Shown here piece after piece: positions 58,705 through 64,000 of a stretch of DNA of 64,000 nucleotides (the stretch's first letter is position 1; each line of letters opens with the position of its first letter). The notes below the pieces were generated by a model. That model saw only the letters and a program-made list of their open reading frames with translations, made no database searches and was not told the origin of the DNA. The stretch is from positions 2,604 through 66,603 of the forward strand of contig CAKPBB010000006.1 of NCBI GenBank assembly GCA_934140005.1, in the 5' to 3' direction. Origin of the DNA: an uncultured Clostridia bacterium (GTDB taxonomy: Bacteria; Bacillota; Clostridia; TANB77; CAG-508). A program made the position numbers and the translations under genes.

Positions 58705-59247
58705 ATGAACGAATTAGAAGAAAGAATGAAAAAAACAGTTAGTGTTTTTGAAGAAAATTTATCAGAAATTAGAGCAGGAAGAGCAAATCCAGCAATATTA
58801 AATAAAATTTCAGTAGAATATTATGGTGTTACAACACCAATAAATCAAGTAGCTGGAATATCAGTTCCAGAAGCTAGAATGATAGTTATTCAACCTTGGG
58901 ATGCAAGTATACTAAAAGAAATTGAAAAAGCAATACTTGCTTCTGATATTGGATTAAACCCTAACAATGATGGAAAAGTTATTAGATTAAACTTCCCAGA
59001 ATTAACAGAAGAAAGAAGAAAAGATTTAGTAAAAGAAATTAGAAAAATTGCTGAAGAAGCTAAAGTTGCTGTTAGGTCAATTCGTAGAGATGGAATGGAA
59101 GATGTAAAAGCAAAACAAAAAAATTCTGAGATTACTGAAGATGAAAAAGCATCAAAAGAAGATGAAATTCAAAAATTAACAGATAAATATGTTGCTGAAA
59201 TAGATAAAATATTAGCAAATAAAGAAAAAGAAATTTTAAATGTATAA
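58705..59247 (+). CDS. frr: Ribosome recycling factor
   Basis: IRAGRANPAILNKISVEYYG...IRRDG. Confidence 0.95.
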   Translation: MNELEERMKKTVSVFEENLSEIRAGRANPAILNKISVEYYGVTTPINQVAGISVPEARMIVIQPWDASILKEIEKAILASDIGLNPNNDGKVIRLNFPELTEERRKDLVKEIRKIAEEAKVAVRSIRRDGMEDVKAKQKNSEITEDEKASKEDEIQKLTDKYVAEIDKILANKEKEILNV

Positions 59248-59259
59248 TTGGAGAATATA

Positions 59260-59964
59260 ATGGAAGAAGAAAATAAACCTAGACATATTGCTATTATAAT
59301 GGATGGTAATAGAAGATGGGCAAAAGAAAGAAAATTACCAGTACAACTAGGTCATAAAAAAGGCGCAGAAACTTTAGAGAACATTATAAGATATGCTAAT
59401 AAAATTGGTGTTGAATATGTAACTGTTTATGCTTTTTCAACAGAAAACTGGAAAAGAAGTAAAGATGAAGTTGATGCTTTAATGCAACTTTTAAAAAGTT
59501 ACTTAGATAGTTATAGTAAAAGAGCAAATACAGAGAATATTCGTATAAAAGTTATTGGTGATATGTCAGCTTTGTCAAAAGATTTACAACAAAGTATAGC
59601 AAATGCAATTGCAAGAACAAAGAATAATACAGGAACAACTTTTATAGTTGCTTTGAATTATGGTGGAAGAAATGAAATTACTAATGCTGTTAAAAAAATT
59701 GCATTAAAAGTAAAAAATAATGAATTAAAAATTGAAGATATTACAGAAAATACAATTACGGAAAATCTATATACCAGTGAATTTCCAGATCCAGATATTG
59801 TAGTTAGAACAAGTGGAGAAATAAGAAGTAGTGGCTTTTTAACTTGGCAAAGTGTATATTCAGAATATTTATTTTTAGAAAAATATTGGCCTGACTTTTC
59901 TGAAAAAGATTTAGATAATGTAATACAAACTTATCAAAATAGGCATAGAAGAATTGGAAAATAA
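59260..59964 (+). CDS. uppS: Undecaprenyl-diphosphate synthase (cis-prenyltransferase)
   Basis: PRHIAIIMDGNRRWA, TVYAFSTENWKR, RTSGEIRSSGFLTWQ. Confidence 0.95.
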   Translation: MEEENKPRHIAIIMDGNRRWAKERKLPVQLGHKKGAETLENIIRYANKIGVEYVTVYAFSTENWKRSKDEVDALMQLLKSYLDSYSKRANTENIRIKVIGDMSALSKDLQQSIANAIARTKNNTGTTFIVALNYGGRNEITNAVKKIALKVKNNELKIEDITENTITENLYTSEFPDPDIVVRTSGEIRSSGFLTWQSVYSEYLFLEKYWPDFSEKDLDNVIQTYQNRHRRIGK

Positions 59965-59983
59965 AAGCAAAGGAAGAAATTTT

Positions 59984-60811
59984 ATGAATATAAAAAGAAT
60001 ATTAACAGCTGTAATAGGCTTACCTATAGTTTTTTTAGGATTAGTATTTGGAAACAAATATATTATTGATATAGCAATGGCTATTGTTGCAACAATGGCA
60101 TTTTATGAATATGATAATTGTGTAAAAAAAGAATATAAAGCAATTTCATGGATTGGATATGTTTTATGTATATTAATTGCCTTTATACATATTATACCAA
60201 TTGAGTATTATATAGGAGCTATAATAATAGGAATTCCAACTATTTTGCTATTACTATTCTTGCACATAATAATTACAGACATGAAAATAAATTTTAAAGA
60301 TGTTGCAATTAGCTTTACAGGAATTTTATATATAATAGGTTTTACAGTATTTATTCCTGTTTTATATGGAAATACTGGAAAAATTGATATGCAAAATGGA
60401 AAATTTTTAATTTGGTATCTATTACTTAGTAGTTGGGGAACAGATATTATGGCATATCTAGTGGGCAAACATTTTGGAAAACATAAATTTAGTAAAGTTA
60501 GTCCAAATAAAACTATTGAAGGTTGCATAGCAGGAACTATTGGAGCAATTTTATCATGTTTAATATATACATTCATATTAAATAAAGTATTACATGTTGA
60601 AGTTTATTCATATTTAACAATTGCAATAATTGCATTTGTATTAAGTATTATTGGACAAATTGGAGATTTTGCAGCATCAACAATAAAAAGACAATTTGAT
60701 GTTAAAGATTTTAGCGAGATTTTCCCAGGACATGGTGGAATGATTGATAGAATTGATAGTGTTATATTTGCAGCTCCATATGCATATTTTATATTTATAA
60801 TATTACTATAA
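59984..60811 (+). CDS. cdsA: Phosphatidate cytidylyltransferase
   Basis: SPNKTIEG... and IKRQFDVKDFSEIFPGHGGMIDRIDS. Confidence 0.92.
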   Translation: MNIKRILTAVIGLPIVFLGLVFGNKYIIDIAMAIVATMAFYEYDNCVKKEYKAISWIGYVLCILIAFIHIIPIEYYIGAIIIGIPTILLLLFLHIIITDMKINFKDVAISFTGILYIIGFTVFIPVLYGNTGKIDMQNGKFLIWYLLLSSWGTDIMAYLVGKHFGKHKFSKVSPNKTIEGCIAGTIGAILSCLIYTFILNKVLHVEVYSYLTIAIIAFVLSIIGQIGDFAASTIKRQFDVKDFSEIFPGHGGMIDRIDSVIFAAPYAYFIFIILL

Positions 60812-60826
60812 AATATATTGATTAAA

Positions 60827-60963
60827 GTTTTATTATATATTATTTTGAAATACCGCGTAAGCGACCAAACGAACGAAAGTGAGTGCGAATGGAGCAATCT
60901 TCATATAATTATAAAAATAGAAGATTGCGACACCAAGGTATAAAAAATAATATATAATAAAAC
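60827..60963 (+). repeat. Copy 3 of the three-copy intergenic element
   Basis: Perfect 20-bp closing stem (60827-60846 with 60944-60963) whose sequence differs from copies 1 and 2. The core has one G insertion. Confidence 0.9.
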
Positions 60964-60986
60964 TAATATATATTTAGGAGGAAACT

Positions 60987-62024
60987 TTGGTTTTTATAAT
61001 TGGCACTTTAAAAATAATTTTTTTACTAGGATTCTTAGTTTTCATACATGAGGGGGCACATTTTTTAGTAGCAAAAAAATGTAATGTTGCTGTTAGAGAA
61101 TTTTCTATTGGATTTGGACCGAAGATTTTTTCAAAAGCAAGTAAAGGAACGAATTATTCAATAAGAGCAATACCACTTGGTGGTTTTGTAGATATGTATG
61201 AAGATGATTTAGAAAACAAAAATGTACAATTAAACAATAATGAAATTTCATTTTTAGATAGTAGCAAATCCAAAAGATTTGCTATAACCATTGCTGGAAT
61301 AGTAGTAAATATTGTATTTGGATTTTTAGTATATTTTATATTACAATGTTCGGTAGCAAATGTTTCTACAACTATTGATAGAATTGATACTAGCTATGGA
61401 AATGAATTATCAATGCTTCAAGTTGGTGATACAATAAAAGAAATCAATGGAAAAAAGATTAGATTAAAATCACAAATAGATGCTCAAATTGCTAGTTCAA
61501 ATACAGAAAATGTTAAGGTAAAAGTTGAACGTAATGGACAAATTCTAGATTTATCAATACCAGTTCAAAAAATAATTAATGAAGAAAATAACACAACTAC
61601 TTATAAGCTTGGTATTTATATGAAAAAAGCTGATAAAAATTTCAAAAATCAAGTTTATTATGCTTTTTGGAAAACAACATATTTTGCTGAAATGCTAGGA
61701 GAAAGTGTTTTATCTTTATTTAAAGGAAATGTTAAAGCTGATGAAATGGTGGGACCTATTGGAATTTCGGAAATGATTGTTAAAACAGATGGATTATATG
61801 AGTTTTATTATTTATTAGCTGTTATTTCAATATCACTTGGAGTAACAAATTTATTACCAATTCCTGGTTTGGATGGTGGTAGATTACTTTTTATAATAAT
61901 AGAGGCTATTAGAAAAAAGCCTTTTGAAAGAGAAACGGAAGCAAAAATACAATTATTAGGTTTTTCATTTTTAATTTTGCTATCAATGTATATAGCATTT
62001 AATGATGTAGGAAGAATATTGTAG
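60987..62024 (+). CDS. rseP: RIP metalloprotease RseP/RasP (site-2 protease, M50)
   Basis: HEGAHFLVAK HExxH motif, a PDZ region, and NLLPIPGLDGG. TTG start after AGGAGG. Confidence 0.9.
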   Translation: MVFIIGTLKIIFLLGFLVFIHEGAHFLVAKKCNVAVREFSIGFGPKIFSKASKGTNYSIRAIPLGGFVDMYEDDLENKNVQLNNNEISFLDSSKSKRFAITIAGIVVNIVFGFLVYFILQCSVANVSTTIDRIDTSYGNELSMLQVGDTIKEINGKKIRLKSQIDAQIASSNTENVKVKVERNGQILDLSIPVQKIINEENNTTTYKLGIYMKKADKNFKNQVYYAFWKTTYFAEMLGESVLSLFKGNVKADEMVGPIGISEMIVKTDGLYEFYYLLAVISISLGVTNLLPIPGLDGGRLLFIIIEAIRKKPFERETEAKIQLLGFSFLILLSMYIAFNDVGRIL

Positions 62025-62036
62025 AGGAGAAGAAAT

Positions 62037-62606
62037 ATGAAGTGTAAGATTTGTGGTGCTGAACTAAAAAGAGATGGAGATATTTGCAATAAATGTTATG
62101 AAAAGTATAAAAAAGAAGAAGAACTTGAAATGGATACAAAGCAATTATATCAATTAAAATCAACTTTTGTTCCTGGATATGAAATCTGGAAATGGGGAGA
62201 ATATATACTTTTTGGAATTCTATTATTATTTGCTTTACTTTCAACACAAAAAGTAGCAATATTCTTTGGATTTTTAATTGTTTTTATCGCAGCAATAATT
62301 GGTGGTTTGAAATTGAAAAAGAAGAAAATACAAACTACTACTTGCACTTTTTATGAGAAAAAGATAGTATATAATTCAAATGGAAAAGAAAAGATTTTGC
62401 TATACAAAGATATTAAAGATATGGGATATTTTGAAGATTTCTCTCAAAAATTATTCAAAGTTGGAGATATAAGAATATATCCAGAAAATGCAATTCTAAT
62501 AACATCTGCTATAAATATTGAAAGTGTAAGAAATGTAAAAGAAGAATACGAAAAAGTTAAAAAAATTGTACAAGAGCAAATTAGGATAAATACTGAAGAA
62601 AACTAA
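62037..62606 (+). CDS. Hypothetical zinc-ribbon / two-TM / PH-like (YdbT-type) membrane protein
   Basis: CKICG...CNKC N-terminus and two TM helices. The C-terminal region resembles a bacterial PH domain. Confidence 0.45.
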   Translation: MKCKICGAELKRDGDICNKCYEKYKKEEELEMDTKQLYQLKSTFVPGYEIWKWGEYILFGILLLFALLSTQKVAIFFGFLIVFIAAIIGGLKLKKKKIQTTTCTFYEKKIVYNSNGKEKILLYKDIKDMGYFEDFSQKLFKVGDIRIYPENAILITSAINIESVRNVKEEYEKVKKIVQEQIRINTEEN

Positions 62607-62638
62607 TATAGTAAATTTGGATAAAGGATAATAAGGTA

Positions 62639-64000
62639 ATGCAAAAATATATAAAAGACGTATTTGTAGATTATCAAAATGATAATCCTCTATTAGATGC
62701 GCAAATAGAGAATATAAATTTATATAAAAAGACAAATAAATTGCAAGTTGAAGTTTCTTCTGCAAACCAAATACATATAAATGAAATGGAAGATTTTGAA
62801 AATTATTTAATCAAAAGATTTCATGTAGACAAAGCTTTAATTGATATACATTATAAAGATATACAGATTGAGCAAGATGTAGAAAAACAATGGTCTACTG
62901 TAATAAACTATGTTACTAAGAAGGAACCTTTTAGCAAGGCAATATTAACAGGAAGCAAACTTGATGTTTCTGGTAAAAATATTTCTGTAAAATTAGCTCT
63001 AAAAGGAGCTGATTTTTTACTTGCTAAAAAGTTTGACAAAGGTTTAGAACATTTATTATCAAATATATATAATGAAAATTATCTTGTAAAATTTGAAGAA
63101 AATTTAGCAGATAATTATGAAGAAATATTAGAGCAAAAACGAAAAAGAGAAGAAGAAGAAGCTTTAAAATTCTTAAAAGTACAAGCTGACCAAGAAGCAA
63201 AAGAAGCTAGAGAAAAGAAAAAAGAAGAAAAGAGAGAAATGGCAGAAAAACAGAATACTGCTGTACAAGCTTCTGCAAGTGCACCAAATGAGAGTAAGCC
63301 TGTTGAACCAAAAGTTGAAGAGAAAACAGAAGAAAAAGATACACCTTTAATAATTGGTAGAAATATGAATTTAAAAGGTGATCCAATAAAGATAAAAGAT
63401 ATTTCTGTAGATTCAGATAAAGTTGTAGTTGATGGTGAACTAATTGCAGACTCAATGGATTCAAGAGAAATAAAAAATGGTGAAAAAGTAATACTAATGT
63501 TCAATGTATATGATGGCACAAGCAGTATTACTTGTAAGGCTTTCTTAGATGCTGACAAATTTAAAAGTGTTTCAAAAAGAATAAAAGGTTCAAAAGGATT
63601 AAAAGTTGACGGTGTAGCAAAATATGATCAATTTGCTAAAGAAATAACCATAATGGCAAATACTATTATTGAAACTCAAGGAACTAAAAAAGTAAAGAGA
63701 ATAGATGATGCTGTTAAAAAGAGAGTGGAATTGCACATGCATACTCAGATGAGCCAAATGGATGCAATAACTCCTTGTGCAGATTTAGTAAAAAGAGCTG
63801 TTTCTTGGGGCTGGAATGCAATTGCAATTACTGACCATGGTGTTGTTCAGTCTTTTCCAGATGCACATAAACTTTTGGAAAAAACAGGTGATGATATCAA
63901 AGTTTTATATGGTGTTGAAGGTTACTTTGTTCCTGATAAAGACCCTGGTGTATTCAATTCAAAAGGACAAAGTTTAGATTGTGAATATTGTGTATTGGAC
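62639..64000 (+). CDS. polC: DNA polymerase III PolC-type alpha subunit, N-terminal 454 codons (runs off the 3' edge)
   Basis: Hand translation of the open frame. The PHP-domain start RVELHMHTQMSQMDAI...AITDHGVVQSFPDA is typical of PolC. Confidence 0.9.
   Translation, partial: MQKYIKDVFVDYQNDNPLLDAQIENINLYKKTNKLQVEVSSANQIHINEMEDFENYLIKRFHVDKALIDIHYKDIQIEQDVEKQWSTVINYVTKKEPFSKAILTGSKLDVSGKNISVKLALKGADFLLAKKFDKGLEHLLSNIYNENYLVKFEENLADNYEEILEQKRKREEEEALKFLKVQADQEAKEAREKKKEEKREMAEKQNTAVQASASAPNESKPVEPKVEEKTEEKDTPLIIGRNMNLKGDPIKIKDISVDSDKVVVDGELIADSMDSREIKNGEKVILMFNVYDGTSSITCKAFLDADKFKSVSKRIKGSKGLKVDGVAKYDQFAKEITIMANTIIETQGTKKVKRIDDAVKKRVELHMHTQMSQMDAITPCADLVKRAVSWGWNAIAITDHGVVQSFPDAHKLLEKTGDDIKVLYGVEGYFVPDKDPGVFNSKGQSLDCEYCVLD

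Noticed and set aside
237-63558. The many 60-160-aa antisense or alternate-frame track ORFs inside long genes (for example 2814-3164, 3675-4160, 5229-5687, 25951-26292, 32830-33330, 52728-53147, 60208-60576, 63115-63558)
   Set aside because: Each is nested in a gene with clear family motifs on the opposite strand or in another frame. Their products are Phe/Ile/Leu/Ser-rich, as expected from antisense AT-rich codons. None has an SD or start context.

Overview
The window is very AT-rich chromosomal DNA (roughly 27-30% GC by spot counts) from an endospore-forming Firmicute of Clostridia type. This is inferred from spoIVA, a gerA-type germinant receptor operon, sleB and a PolC-type replicase. Most genes are on the + strand and are conserved housekeeping genes: carAB, thyA-folA, rsmE, yicC-remA-rpoZ, priA-def-fmt, asp23-amaP-nusB-xseA/xseB, fhs, efp, greA, and pyrH-frr-uppS-cdsA-rseP-polC. 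Accessory genes sit between them: a YtrA-type ABC/GntR operon, a GGDEF cyclase, TetR plus an acyl-CoA ligase, a vWA/XpaC/TelA cluster, a repeat-rich GH25 autolysin and an LRR protein fragment. Two single tRNA genes (Asn-GTT, Trp-CCA) lie on the minus strand. I saw no CRISPR array, transposase, integrase or rRNA. The most interesting signal is non-coding. A ~135-nt intergenic element occurs three times, at 23651-23787, 56573-56704 and 60827-60963, always on the + strand. Its core is invariant, its inner hairpin loop varies, and its ~20-bp closing stem differs between copies yet stays complementary. This fits an undescribed structured RNA or a hairpin-type mobile repeat. A related hairpin serves as a terminator at 13139-13187. 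Secondary observations:
- a leader ORF whose stop codon lies inside a terminator upstream of carA
- a frameshift in an M23 peptidase gene that separates its two catalytic motifs
- an unannotated 54-aa two-helix ORF at the end of the ger operon
- absence of gmk/coaBC and of dxr/ispG from their usual conserved positions
- five tandem 357-bp repeats in the GH25 gene
- a recurrent TGTAAY-GAAA direct-repeat motif in several intergenic regions

All homology calls come from reading the translated ORFs. No database search was run.
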